From NCBI GenBank assembly GCA_965237955.1, contig OZ250169.1, forward strand, positions 1,664,001-1,728,000: a stretch of 64,000 nucleotides of DNA. Reading direction: 5' to 3'. Below, piece by piece: positions 10,481 to 19,955 of the stretch. Position 1 is the first letter of the stretch. Each line of letters starts with the position of its first letter. Origin of the DNA: Candidatus Marinacidobacterales bacterium (GTDB lineage Bacteria; Acidobacteriota; Vicinamibacteria; Marinacidobacterales; SMYC01). The notes under the pieces were generated by a model. That model worked only from the letters and a program-made list of their open reading frames with translations, was not told the DNA's origin and ran no database searches. The translations under genes and the position numbers were made by a program.

Positions 10481-10606
10481 ATGTCTAAAGAGCCTGAGGC
10501 GCCGCCTCCTGTCTTTGGCACCTGGGGGCGCTTTTACGCCGTCGTGATCGCGAACACGCTTCTCGCTTATCTCCTGCTCATCCTGTTCTCCGCCTACGCG
10601 CGCTGA
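10481..10606 (+). CDS. 41-aa single-TM protein coupled to SSS symporter (not in ORF track)
   Basis: MSKEPEAPPPVFGTWGRFYAVVIANTLLAYLLLILFSAYAR*; TGATG overlap with next gene; TATAAT at 10467-10472. Confidence 0.75.
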   Translation: MSKEPEAPPPVFGTWGRFYAVVIANTLLAYLLLILFSAYAR

Positions 10607-12282
10607 TGCTGCACCCCCTCGACTGGCTCGTCGTCGCGCTGTATTTCGCGCTCATCGTTTTCATCGGGTACCGCACCGGCCGGGGGAACAAAGGCCTCGA
10701 AGATTTCTTCCTCGCGAAGCGCTCCATGCCCTGGTATGCCATCGGGCTCTCGGTGATGGCGACGCAAGCGAGCGCGATCACGCTCGTGGGCACCACGGGG
10801 CAGGGCTACGTCGATGGCATGCGCTTCATCCAGATCTACTTCGGCTTGCCGCTCGCCATGGTGATCCTGTGCGTCACCCTGGTGCCGTTTTTCTACCGCG
10901 CCAAAGTGTTCACGGCGTACGAGTATCTGGAGAAGCGATTCGATGGCAAGACGCGTAGCCTAACGAGCTTTCTGTTTCTGGTGGGTCGTGGGCTTGCGGA
11001 TGCCGTCGTCATCTATGCGCCCTCGGTGATTCTTGCGATCGTCTTCGGCATCGACGAGAAGGTCATCATCATCATGATTGGCGTCGGGGCGACGCTCTAC
11101 ACCGCGCTCGGCGGGATGCGGGCGGTGATGTGGGTCGAGATGTGGCAGATGCTGATCATTTTCCTCGGCATCTTGTTTTGTCTCGGCTCGGTCATCTTCG
11201 GGCTCCCCGACGAGGTCTCGTTGACGGATGCCATCCGGATTGCGGGTGCCACTGGTCGAACCGACACCGTGGATTTCGATCTCAATCCCAACACGACCTA
11301 CACGATTTGGACAGGGATTTTCGGTGGCATCTTTCTCATGCTCTCGTATTTCGGTACCGATCAGAGCCAGGTGCAGCGCTACTTGACCGCGCGCTCTCTC
11401 ACCGAGAGCCGCCTGTCGCTTCTGTTCACCGCGCTTCTCAAAATCCCGATGCAGTTCGTCATTCTGCTCACAGGGGCACTGCTGTTCGTGTTCTATCAGT
11501 TCGACAAACCACCGGTGGTGTTCAATCCAGTTGCATACGAACGGCTCGCCGCGCAACAGGACGTGAGCGCGCTCGAAGCGGACTACGATAGGGCGTTCGA
11601 ATCGCGCCGCGAAGCCGCCACAGATTTCGCGGATGCGTTGGGTGGCGAGCGCGAGGCCGAGGCGCGACGCGACTTTCTCGCCGCGGATGCCGAGCTCAGT
11701 GGCGTTCGCAACCAGGTCGTCGGGCTCATCAAAGGGTTCGACCCCGATTTCAACGATACGAACTACGTGTTCCCGACGTTCGTTTTGACGAAGCTTCCCG
11801 TGGGACTCGTGGGATTGATCCTGGTCGCGATCTTCGCGGCGGCGATGTCCACGGTGGAGTCCGAGCTGACGTCGCTCTCGACCGCCACCGTCGTGGATTT
11901 CTACAGACGCTACGTGCGCACGAGCGCGACCGATCGCCACTACCTGGTGGTGAGCCGCATGGCCATTTTGTTCTGGGGCGGCTTTGCGACGTTCTGTGCC
12001 CTCTACATGGGACGGCTCGGCTCGGCCATCGAGGTCGTAAACCTTATCGGGTCCTACTTTTACGGGCCGATCCTAGGAGTTTTCATCCTTGCGATCGCTC
12101 TCCGCCGCGCCAACGGCCATGGGGCTTTTGCGGGTGTCTTGCTAGGGATCGCCGCGGTGCAGGCCACGGCAGGTCTTAGTGAGGTTTCCTACCTTTATTA
12201 CAACCTCGTCGGTGCCGCCGTCGCGGTCGCCTCCGGCTACGTGATAAGCCTTGTTTTTTCATCTCCCGAGCGGTCTGTATAA
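10606..12282 (+). CDS. Sodium:solute symporter (SSS)
   Basis: TAYEYLEKRF, GGMRAV, DQSQVQRYL, AAAMST motifs. Confidence 0.93.
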   Translation: MLHPLDWLVVALYFALIVFIGYRTGRGNKGLEDFFLAKRSMPWYAIGLSVMATQASAITLVGTTGQGYVDGMRFIQIYFGLPLAMVILCVTLVPFFYRAKVFTAYEYLEKRFDGKTRSLTSFLFLVGRGLADAVVIYAPSVILAIVFGIDEKVIIIMIGVGATLYTALGGMRAVMWVEMWQMLIIFLGILFCLGSVIFGLPDEVSLTDAIRIAGATGRTDTVDFDLNPNTTYTIWTGIFGGIFLMLSYFGTDQSQVQRYLTARSLTESRLSLLFTALLKIPMQFVILLTGALLFVFYQFDKPPVVFNPVAYERLAAQQDVSALEADYDRAFESRREAATDFADALGGEREAEARRDFLAADAELSGVRNQVVGLIKGFDPDFNDTNYVFPTFVLTKLPVGLVGLILVAIFAAAMSTVESELTSLSTATVVDFYRRYVRTSATDRHYLVVSRMAILFWGGFATFCALYMGRLGSAIEVVNLIGSYFYGPILGVFILAIALRRANGHGAFAGVLLGIAAVQATAGLSEVSYLYYNLVGAAVAVASGYVISLVFSSPERSV

Positions 12283-12394
12283 TAGAAGTACTCTGCCGGA
12301 CCAGGTTTGGCGATCCGTCACCCTGCTTCGCTCCGAGCCCAGGACCATTTTGAGCCAGTTCATTCTGCCTATCGAGATCTTCGAGCCTGCCGGC

Positions 12395-14531
12395 ATGCTC
12401 GTTTTGCTCGTGCTCATGGGGGCCGCCAAGAGCGGTTCCGGCTGGAAAAAGATTTTCGGCATGGGCAAGAAGGACAAAAAGGGCAAGTCGAGGGCCGACC
12501 CCGCCCTGGCCGCCGGCGACTGGCAACGTGCGGCCAAAATCTTCGAAGAGGACGGGCGCTACCGCGACGCCGCGAGGATCTATCAAGGTAAAGGACAGAA
12601 TCACGAAGCCGCGCGTGTACTCGTCCAAGCGGGCGCGCTGACCGAAGCCGCTTCGATTTTCGAGCGCGTCGGACATTACTTGAAAGCCGCGGAGGTGTGC
12701 GCTCAATCCGGAGACAACCGCCGGGCTGGAGAGAACTACCGCCGGCTCTTGGAAGAGCGCTTCGGTAGCCTCGCCGTCGCACGCTCGCCCGCGGATCACG
12801 CGGAGTTCACCAAATACTGCCGGTTGGCGGGCCAAGCGTTCGAACGGGCGGGACTGCTGGATCAGGCCGCTGAAGTGCTCGAGCGCGGCGAGCAGTGGGA
12901 CGACGCGGCGGCGCTTTTTCTGAAGCTCAATCGTCACGTCAAAGCAGCCGACCTCTACCAACGAGCTGGTGCCGTGGACCAGGCGGCAGACGCCTTCGCC
13001 CAGGCTGGCGATCGCGTCCGAGCGGCGCAGATGCGCGGCGGAGTTTCTCTACAAGCAAGATCAGAAAAACGAAGCCGCGGTGCAGTTTCTGCTCGGTGGC
13101 GACCCGCTGCGTGCGGCGGAAGTCTACGAGGAGGCCGGGAACTATCTCGACGCGGCGCGTTGTTACGAGCACTGTGGAGCGCATCGCCAGGCGGCCGAGG
13201 CATATGAGCGCGTGGAGCAGTTCGATCGTGCAGCGGAGATGTACGGTCGCAGCCAGGAGTATCAAAAAGCCGCGGATCTCTACGAAAAAGCCGAAGACTG
13301 GGAGCGAGCGACCCGCATGTTCGCCGAATCGGGCGCGTACTACCGCGCCGCGAAGCTCGCTCGCAAGGAGGGCCTCACCGAAATCGCCATCGACTACTTG
13401 CAGAAAGTCGAACCGGGCGACGCGAACTATCAAAGTGCGCTCGTGGAGTTGGGAGAGAACTTCATGGAGCGCGACCTCCCCGGTGTGGCGGTCGAAAAGC
13501 TCAAGAAGGCGCTCGCGGTTCAGCCGCTCTCGGAGAAAAACCTCGACGTCTATCACACGCTCGCGGTCGCGTCTGAGCAAATGGGCGACTACGCGGCCGC
13601 GGTCGACGTTCTCAAGCAGATCGTTGCCGAGAACTACAGCTATCGTGACGCGGTGGGGCGCCTGCAAGATCTCGAAAAGAAAATCGCCGAGGGAGGGCGC
13701 GAGCCCAAACACGTCCACGCGGCCAAGGAAGAGCTCGGCGAAGGCAAACGTTACGAGTTCGTGGAGAAACTCGGCGCCGGCGGCATGGGTGTCGTCTATC
13801 GAGCCAAAGACACGCGGCTCAACCGAGTCGTGGCGTACAAGATGCTCATGGAGCAGTTCATGGAGGTCAAAGACGTCCGCGACCGTTTCCTCCGTGAGGC
13901 CCAATCGGCAGCTCAGCTCAACCATCCCAACATCGTCACCGTCTTCGATATGGACGTCGATCCCGAGCGCAATCGGCTCTTCATCGCCATGGAGTTCGTC
14001 GCTGGGGAGTCGTATTTCGACATCTTGCAGCGCGAGACCCGGCTTTCGATTCCGCAGGTTATGCACTTCGTCGTCGGCGTGCTCAAAGCGCTTGCTCATG
14101 CCCACGGTCACGGCGTGGTGCATCGCGATATCAAGCCGTCGAACGTCATGCTGTCGGAGCAGCGTACGGTGAAGATCATGGACTTCGGTCTTGCCAAAGT
14201 GCTGCGCGACGCGAAAGCGCAAGGGAGTGAGAAGGCGAGCGGGACGCCGCTCTACATGTCGCCCGAGCAGATTCTCGGCAAAGCGATCGACTTTCGCACC
14301 GACATCTATGCCTTCGGCGGCACCGTGTACTACCTTCTCGCCGGGGAGCCGCCGTTCGTCGACGGCGAAGTGCTCTACCACCACGTGCACACCAAAGCGA
14401 AACAGCTCAAGGAGCTTCGCCCCGATATCCCCAAAGTCCTCGACAACATCGTGATGGCTTGCCTGAACAAGGATCCTTCGAATCGGCCCACGGCTGAGAC
14501 GATTTTGAAGATGTTGAAAAAATCCTCTTGA
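12395..14531 (+). CDS. Helical-repeat (TPR/SNAP-like) protein with C-terminal Ser/Thr kinase; frameshift near 13040
   Basis: ORFs 12251-13207 and 12969-14531 join at ATGCGCGGC(G)GAGTTT; repeats like AAEVYEEAG; GAGGMG, HRDIKP, DFG, GTPLYMSPE. Confidence 0.85.
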
Positions 14532-14711
14532 TCCGCCATCAGCCATCAGCCATCAGCCATCAGCTCCTTTAAGCTAGAACGGCTTTGCTCAACGCGGCGA
14601 CGGCGTTCGGTAATCGCAGCTGAGGCCTGCTGATGGCCGACGGCCGATGGCGGATCCATAACAGCATCATGGCCGATGGCTGATGGCGGATCGCAGGGCA
14701 GGCCGATGGCT
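14531..14711. repeat. Inverted arrays of 7-nt repeats: (GCCATCA)x4 facing GCYGAYG copies
   Basis: 14535-14564 GCCATCA x4; 14629-14655 and 14669-14711 complementary degenerate copies. Confidence 0.9.
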
Positions 14712-14745
14712 AGGGCGGCTGCGCTATAATGCTCCGCCGCCCGAC

Positions 14746-16494
14746 ATGAGCCGAGTCTCGGACTTCACGCACCGTTTCCAAGATCGTGTGCGTGAGTTGA
14801 TGGCGCAAAACGAGAGCCAGGTTTTCATGGTTCTCACCATCGTCATCGGCGCGCTCGTCGGTCTTACCATCGTCGCGTTCATTCTCGTGACCGATGGTCT
14901 CGAAGCGCTCCTTTACGCCGAAGGTGGTGCACGTTGGCGCCGGCTGGTGACGCCAATCCTGGCAACGTTGGGTGTCGGGTTTCTTCTCCAACGTTTTTTT
15001 CCCGATGCCCGCGGAAGTGGCGTGCCCCAGACGAAGGCTGCCATGTTTGCTCGGCGAGGAGTCATTCCGTTCCGTACCGTGGTGGGAAAGTTCTTGACGT
15101 CGTCGATGACGCTCGCGAGCGGGATTGCGCTCGGTCGCGAGGGGCCGTCGGTGCAAATCGGTGGCGGGCTCGCCTCGAGTCTCGGTCGAGGGCTGGGCCT
15201 CGCTGGCGACAAGATACAGATGCTCGTCCCCATTGGCGCCGCCGCGGCGCTGGCGGCCGCGTTCAACACTCCGCTCGCCGCCATCTTGTTCGCGCTCGAA
15301 GAGATCGTGGGGAACTTGCACGCGCCGATCCTGGGCTCGGTGGTCGTCAGCGTGTTCACGTCTCTTTTCGTGATGCGTCTGATCCTCGGCAACGACCCCC
15401 TGTTCGAAGTTCCCGCCTACGAAACGGTCCATCCCGGAGAGTTCATCGTCTACGCGCTCTTGGGTGTGATCGGGGGGCTGGTTTCGGTTGTGTTCGTCAA
15501 GCTCATGCTGAGGATGCGAGAGCGTTTTCTCAGTATGCCCCGACGAACTCGCTGGCTTCAGCCAATGGCCGGAGGCGTCGTCGTCGGTGTCATGGCATTC
15601 ACGCTTCCCGAGATATTCCGCTTCGGATACGGCACCGTGGGGCAGGCGCTCAACGGTACCCTTCCACTCACTCAGATGGCAGCTCTGGTGGTGCTCGGCG
15701 TGATCGCCACGGCGGTGTGCTACGCGTCGGGAAACGCCGGAGGCATCTTCGGCCCGAGTTTGTTCATCGGTGCCATGGTCGGGGGCACGCTCGGAAGTGT
15801 CGTCCATGGCTACTTCCCCGACTACACCGCGAGCCCGGGCGCCTATGCGCTCGTGGGCATGGGTACCGCGTTTGCCGGAATCCTGCGTGTACCCATGGTC
15901 TCGGTGATCATGATCTTCGAGCTCACCCATGACTACGCCATCATCGTTCCGCTCATGATCTCGAATTTGATCAGCTTCTTCGTGTCGTACAAGTTGCAAA
16001 AAACACCGCTCTACGAGGCTCTCGCATTGCAGCAAGGCATCCACTTGCCGACATCGGAAAGCCAGAAGCGCCATCTTCAAGTACGGCTGGCGATGCGTCC
16101 GCCGCACGAGACCTTCGAGATCAACATGACGGTGGCCGAATGCCTCGAGCGCGCCGGACACAGCAGCCTGCGCGCCTGGCCGGTGATCGATAAAAACGGC
16201 GTTTGGGGAATCGTGTCGTTGGCGCAAATCGAGAAAGCAGTCGACGGCGAACGCTCGGGAATGAAAATCGGAGATCTGCTGGATTCTCACGTATTCCCGC
16301 ATCTGCACGCGGATCATTCCCTCGATCTCGCCCTCGAGCGGATGGGTAAGGTAGGCTACGATCTGCTGCCGGTTGTGAGCCGTGCCAACGTGCACGAAAT
16401 GGAAGGTGTGTGCTCGCTCCTCGACGTGCTGAGCGCGTTTGGTGTACACGGCAAAAATCCCGGCGGTCCGCCCGACGTCGACGACCAAAGGTAA
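14746..16494 (+). CDS. ClC chloride/proton antiporter with CBS domains
   Basis: GSGVP, GREGP, FALEE, GGIFGP signatures; C-terminal CBS pair; TATAAT at 14725-14730. Confidence 0.92.
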   Translation: MSRVSDFTHRFQDRVRELMAQNESQVFMVLTIVIGALVGLTIVAFILVTDGLEALLYAEGGARWRRLVTPILATLGVGFLLQRFFPDARGSGVPQTKAAMFARRGVIPFRTVVGKFLTSSMTLASGIALGREGPSVQIGGGLASSLGRGLGLAGDKIQMLVPIGAAAALAAAFNTPLAAILFALEEIVGNLHAPILGSVVVSVFTSLFVMRLILGNDPLFEVPAYETVHPGEFIVYALLGVIGGLVSVVFVKLMLRMRERFLSMPRRTRWLQPMAGGVVVGVMAFTLPEIFRFGYGTVGQALNGTLPLTQMAALVVLGVIATAVCYASGNAGGIFGPSLFIGAMVGGTLGSVVHGYFPDYTASPGAYALVGMGTAFAGILRVPMVSVIMIFELTHDYAIIVPLMISNLISFFVSYKLQKTPLYEALALQQGIHLPTSESQKRHLQVRLAMRPPHETFEINMTVAECLERAGHSSLRAWPVIDKNGVWGIVSLAQIEKAVDGERSGMKIGDLLDSHVFPHLHADHSLDLALERMGKVGYDLLPVVSRANVHEMEGVCSLLDVLSAFGVHGKNPGGPPDVDDQR

Positions 16495-16941
16495 ATGATG
16501 AAAGCCGTCGTACAACGCGTGAGCTCGGCAAGCGTCGTCGGCGGCGACGAGCGCGTGGGAGAGATCGCTCGAGGTCTTCTCGTGCTTCTCGGCGTTGCTG
16601 ATGGTGATGACGCGAAAGACGCCCGGTGGATGGCGGAGAAGATCGTCTCGTTGCGCATTTTCGAAGACGACGATGGAAAGATGAATCTCTCGCTCGAGGA
16701 TGTCGGTGGCGCGCTCCTCACGGTGTCTCAGTTCACGCTTCTCGGCGATTGCCGGAAAGGGCGCCGGCCGTCGTTCGTCAAGGCGGCGCGTCCCGAGCTC
16801 GCCGAAAAGCTCTATCGAGAGTTCGTGGGCATCGTGGAAGGCCTGGGCGTGCCCACAGCGACGGGACGATTTCAAGCCCATATGGCCGTCTCGCTCGTGA
16901 ACGATGGGCCGGTGACCATTCTGGTGGAGAGTCCCGCATGA
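16495..16941 (+). CDS. dtd: D-aminoacyl-tRNA deacylase
   Basis: VVQRV, SQFTL, GRRPSF, NDGPVT. Confidence 0.97.
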   Translation: MMKAVVQRVSSASVVGGDERVGEIARGLLVLLGVADGDDAKDARWMAEKIVSLRIFEDDDGKMNLSLEDVGGALLTVSQFTLLGDCRKGRRPSFVKAARPELAEKLYREFVGIVEGLGVPTATGRFQAHMAVSLVNDGPVTILVESPA

Positions 16942-17918
16942 TGGCAGCTCTTGTTTTGCTCGTGGCTTTGGAGTCTCAGCCGGAGCAAGTGGTCTCGCGA
17001 CTGTTCGCGGCCACGGCTGATGGCCCCTACGTCACCTACAGCTGGGGGGAGCATTGGGTACGTCTACGTCCCGACCTCCGCGGCTTCGAAGGAAACATTG
17101 CGACGTTCGCTTGTTTGGGACCGGCTGTCTACGCCGGCGGCTCCGAGGGCATTTTTATCTCCGACGATTATGGAGAGAGCTACGTGCGCGTCGACAGCTT
17201 TCCGGGAAAAGACGTGACCACGTTTCACACTGCGCGGCTGTTCGCTCTCGAGCCGACGATCTTCGCGGGCACGACCTCGGGGCTCTACCGGTCTACCGAC
17301 GGTGGGACCGAGTGGATGCACGTTGGGGCGGGACAAATTACGAGCGCGGTGCACGACACCGCTTGGCCCGGCCCTCAGTTCTTCGCCGCGACCGACGGAG
17401 GCCTGTTCGTTTCGGAAGATATCGGTGAGTCGTGGGAGCGTCTCGACACCGGTCTTCCGACGGGGCCGCTTCTTTCCATGGTCGTCTCTCGCTTCTTCCT
17501 CGCCGATCCGATGATCATCGTTGGCTCGCGCGTCGCCGGCCTTTATCGAAGCTCCGACGGAGGCGCTAGTTTCGAGCCAATAGGCGACAAGGCAATGACG
17601 TCGAGAACAGTGCACGCCCTCTATTGGTGGGACGCGCTTCTTCTGATGGGAACGGACGATGGATTGTTTTTGTCCGATGATGCCGGCGACACACTGCGAC
17701 CGGCCGAAGCGCTCGACGGCCACGCCGTCTTGTCCCTTTCGGTGCCTGCGCCCGACAGCCCCCGGAGTGACATTCTCCTCGGCACCGACAGGGGCGTCTT
17801 CAAAAGCTCCGACGGCGGCGCGAGCTTCAGGCTCATGACGGAAGGACTCGGTGTTCCGAGTGTCAACGAGCTGAGCACGTTCCCCGCGCCGGCGCAGGAT
17901 CGCGAACGTTCTCGCTGA
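16938..17918 (+). CDS. BNR/Asp-box repeat beta-propeller protein
   Basis: Repeated SxDxGxxW/F motifs ([31 protein letters not shown]). Confidence 0.8.
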   Translation: MMAALVLLVALESQPEQVVSRLFAATADGPYVTYSWGEHWVRLRPDLRGFEGNIATFACLGPAVYAGGSEGIFISDDYGESYVRVDSFPGKDVTTFHTARLFALEPTIFAGTTSGLYRSTDGGTEWMHVGAGQITSAVHDTAWPGPQFFAATDGGLFVSEDIGESWERLDTGLPTGPLLSMVVSRFFLADPMIIVGSRVAGLYRSSDGGASFEPIGDKAMTSRTVHALYWWDALLLMGTDDGLFLSDDAGDTLRPAEALDGHAVLSLSVPAPDSPRSDILLGTDRGVFKSSDGGASFRLMTEGLGVPSVNELSTFPAPAQDRERSR

Positions 17919-17923
17919 CCGAT

Positions 17924-18472
17924 ATGGCGGGCGTTCTCCGGGGGCTCGTCATCGGCGAGCTTGCTCTCGGGATGGTGGCGCTCGTGTGGGCGCTCCGGAG
18001 CGAGACGAGTATTCCGTATGGCGTCGACGCCGAGACGCTTCTCGTGGCGCTCGGGCTCACCGTCGTTCTCGCGGTGGTGAACTTCGGGTTGTTTTTCATC
18101 GGTCGGCGCTTCGAGTTCACCCGGCATGTATATGCTTTCTTCGACGACGAGATTTTTCCGCTGTTACGCGAAGCCACGGTGATCGACATCGTCGTCCTCG
18201 CCGCGGTCGCGGGATTCTCGGAGGAGCTCTTGTTCCGGGGCATCTTGCAGCCGCGGATGGGACTCGTCGCGTCGAGCCTCTTGTTCGGTTTGCTTCACGG
18301 GCCGGACTATAAGCTCTGGCCGTTCGCTTTGTGGGCGGCCGCCGTTGGCGCGGGGTTCGGTCTCGTCTACCGCGAAACAGAGAACATGGCGATCCCGATG
18401 CTGGTTCACGCGTTCTACGACGGCCTCGCTCTCGCCTACATACGATGGACGCCCCCGAAGGCGGACCCGTAG
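17924..18472 (+). CDS. CPBP (CAAX/Abi) intramembrane metalloprotease
   Basis: EELLFRG, FGLLH, HAFYD. Confidence 0.9.
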   Translation: MAGVLRGLVIGELALGMVALVWALRSETSIPYGVDAETLLVALGLTVVLAVVNFGLFFIGRRFEFTRHVYAFFDDEIFPLLREATVIDIVVLAAVAGFSEELLFRGILQPRMGLVASSLLFGLLHGPDYKLWPFALWAAAVGAGFGLVYRETENMAIPMLVHAFYDGLALAYIRWTPPKADP

Positions 18473-18473
18473 C

Positions 18474-19274
18474 ATGACGCCCGTGCCGATACCATTCGCC
18501 AAGACCGAAGCCCATGGGAACGACTTCCTCGTCGTTTCCGAGGAGCATGCGACGGATGCGCCGTCCGAGCTCGCCATCGCGATGTGCGATCGCCTTCGGG
18601 GTATCGGCGCCGATGGCTTGATCCTCTATCGCCGCGAGAACGGCCGCTTCGTGATGACGCTCTTCAATAGCGACGGCTCTTCCGCTGAAATTTCTGGTAA
18701 CGGTCTTCGCTGCCTTGCCGCGTATCTGACCCGCGCGGACCTCGTGACGGGATCCGAGATCGAAGTCGAGACAGGCGCGGGGCTATTGAAGCTGAGCGCG
18801 CTCGGACGCGAGGGCACGACTTTCCGGTTCCGAGCCGATATGGGAGCGCCGCGCGACGTGAGCGCCGGGGTTACCATCGATGTCGGGGGAAGGGATGTCG
18901 TTGCGACGACGCTCTCGATGGGCAATCCTCACTGCGTGGTGTTCGCTGAGCGCGAAGCGCTCCGTGAGCTCGGACCGATCCTCGAGAGTCATCCTTACTT
19001 TCCCGACAGAACGAACGTCGAGCTCGTCGAAGTTGTGGATCGACACACGATCCGTATGGCGATCTGGGAGCGAGGCGCCGGCGAAACCGCCTCGTCGGGA
19101 ACGGGATCGTCGGCGTCGGCGGTGGCCGCGATCGTCAACGCACACGTGGACAGCCCCGTCGAAATACACTGTCCGGGCGGTACTCTCGAAGTCGAATGGA
19201 CCGAAGGCGAAAGTGTCTTCCTCACCGGCGACGCCGTCGTCGTCGCCGATGGCAACTACTGGAGACAGGCATGA
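18474..19274 (+). CDS. dapF: Diaminopimelate epimerase
   Basis: GNDF, GIGADG, NSDGS..GNGLRC, MGNPH, WERGAGET; catalytic Cys positions appear as Ser (EISGNG, SSGTG). Confidence 0.9.
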   Translation: MTPVPIPFAKTEAHGNDFLVVSEEHATDAPSELAIAMCDRLRGIGADGLILYRRENGRFVMTLFNSDGSSAEISGNGLRCLAAYLTRADLVTGSEIEVETGAGLLKLSALGREGTTFRFRADMGAPRDVSAGVTIDVGGRDVVATTLSMGNPHCVVFAEREALRELGPILESHPYFPDRTNVELVEVVDRHTIRMAIWERGAGETASSGTGSSASAVAAIVNAHVDSPVEIHCPGGTLEVEWTEGESVFLTGDAVVVADGNYWRQA

Positions 19275-19939
19275 AGAAGGTCATCATGGCCGGGTGCTTG
19301 CTGGTCGCGTCTCAGGCGATGGCCGAGGACGCGAATTGGAAGCCGAGAAGTATCGGCTTCCTCGTCCTCGAAGGTGTGTACGTTGTACCCATGGACGTGA
19401 TGCAGCACGTCATCGGCCGCGTCGAGCCCGCGCCGAAGGTGTTCACCGTCGGGCTCAGGAAAGATCCGGTGCGCACCTACGAAGGGCTTAGAATTATTCC
19501 GGACTACGACCTAGACGACGCTCCTGAGATCGACATTCTCGTCGTCCCCAGCACCTCCGGCAGCCGTTGATCGCGATCGCAAGAACGAAAAGCTCGTTGC
19601 CTGGGTCGCCGAGCGGGAGCCAAAGCCCGCCACGTGATATCGCTTTGTTGGGGCGCGTTTCTTCTCGCCGAAGCGGGATTGCTGGACGGAGGTCCGGCGA
19701 CAACCTTTCCCACCGAATGGGACCAAATGGAAAGGGAATACCCGAAGATCGATGTGCAACGAGACCACTCGTTCGTCGATGCCGGGCACGCGCTGACATC
19801 GGTGGGCGGGGTGAAAAGCTACGAGATCGCGATGTACTTCGTCGAGAACCGGTACGGCAAAGAGGTGACGGCAGGAATCGCCGAGGGCCTGGTCATGGAT
19901 GGGGACATCGAAGCGCTCCACTACGTGAAGCGAAAGTAG
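19271..19939 (+). CDS. Secreted DJ-1/PfpI family protein (two compensating indels near 19564 and 19616)
   Basis: IDILVVP, SLCWGAFLLAEAGLLDG, TSVGG; middle segment reads DRDRKNEKLVAWVAER in a shifted frame. Confidence 0.8.
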
Positions 19940-19955
19940 CGTAGGAGCGCCGAAA

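Noticed and set aside
13030-13050. Programmed ribosomal frameshift in the kinase (and comEC, DUF4388) genes
   Set aside because: No slippery heptamer or stimulator seen; the many similar indels point to assembly error.
19568-19570. In-frame TGA in the DJ-1/PfpI gene as selenocysteine
   Set aside because: Not at a Cys position. The intervening segment reads sensibly only in a shifted frame, i.e. two compensating indels.
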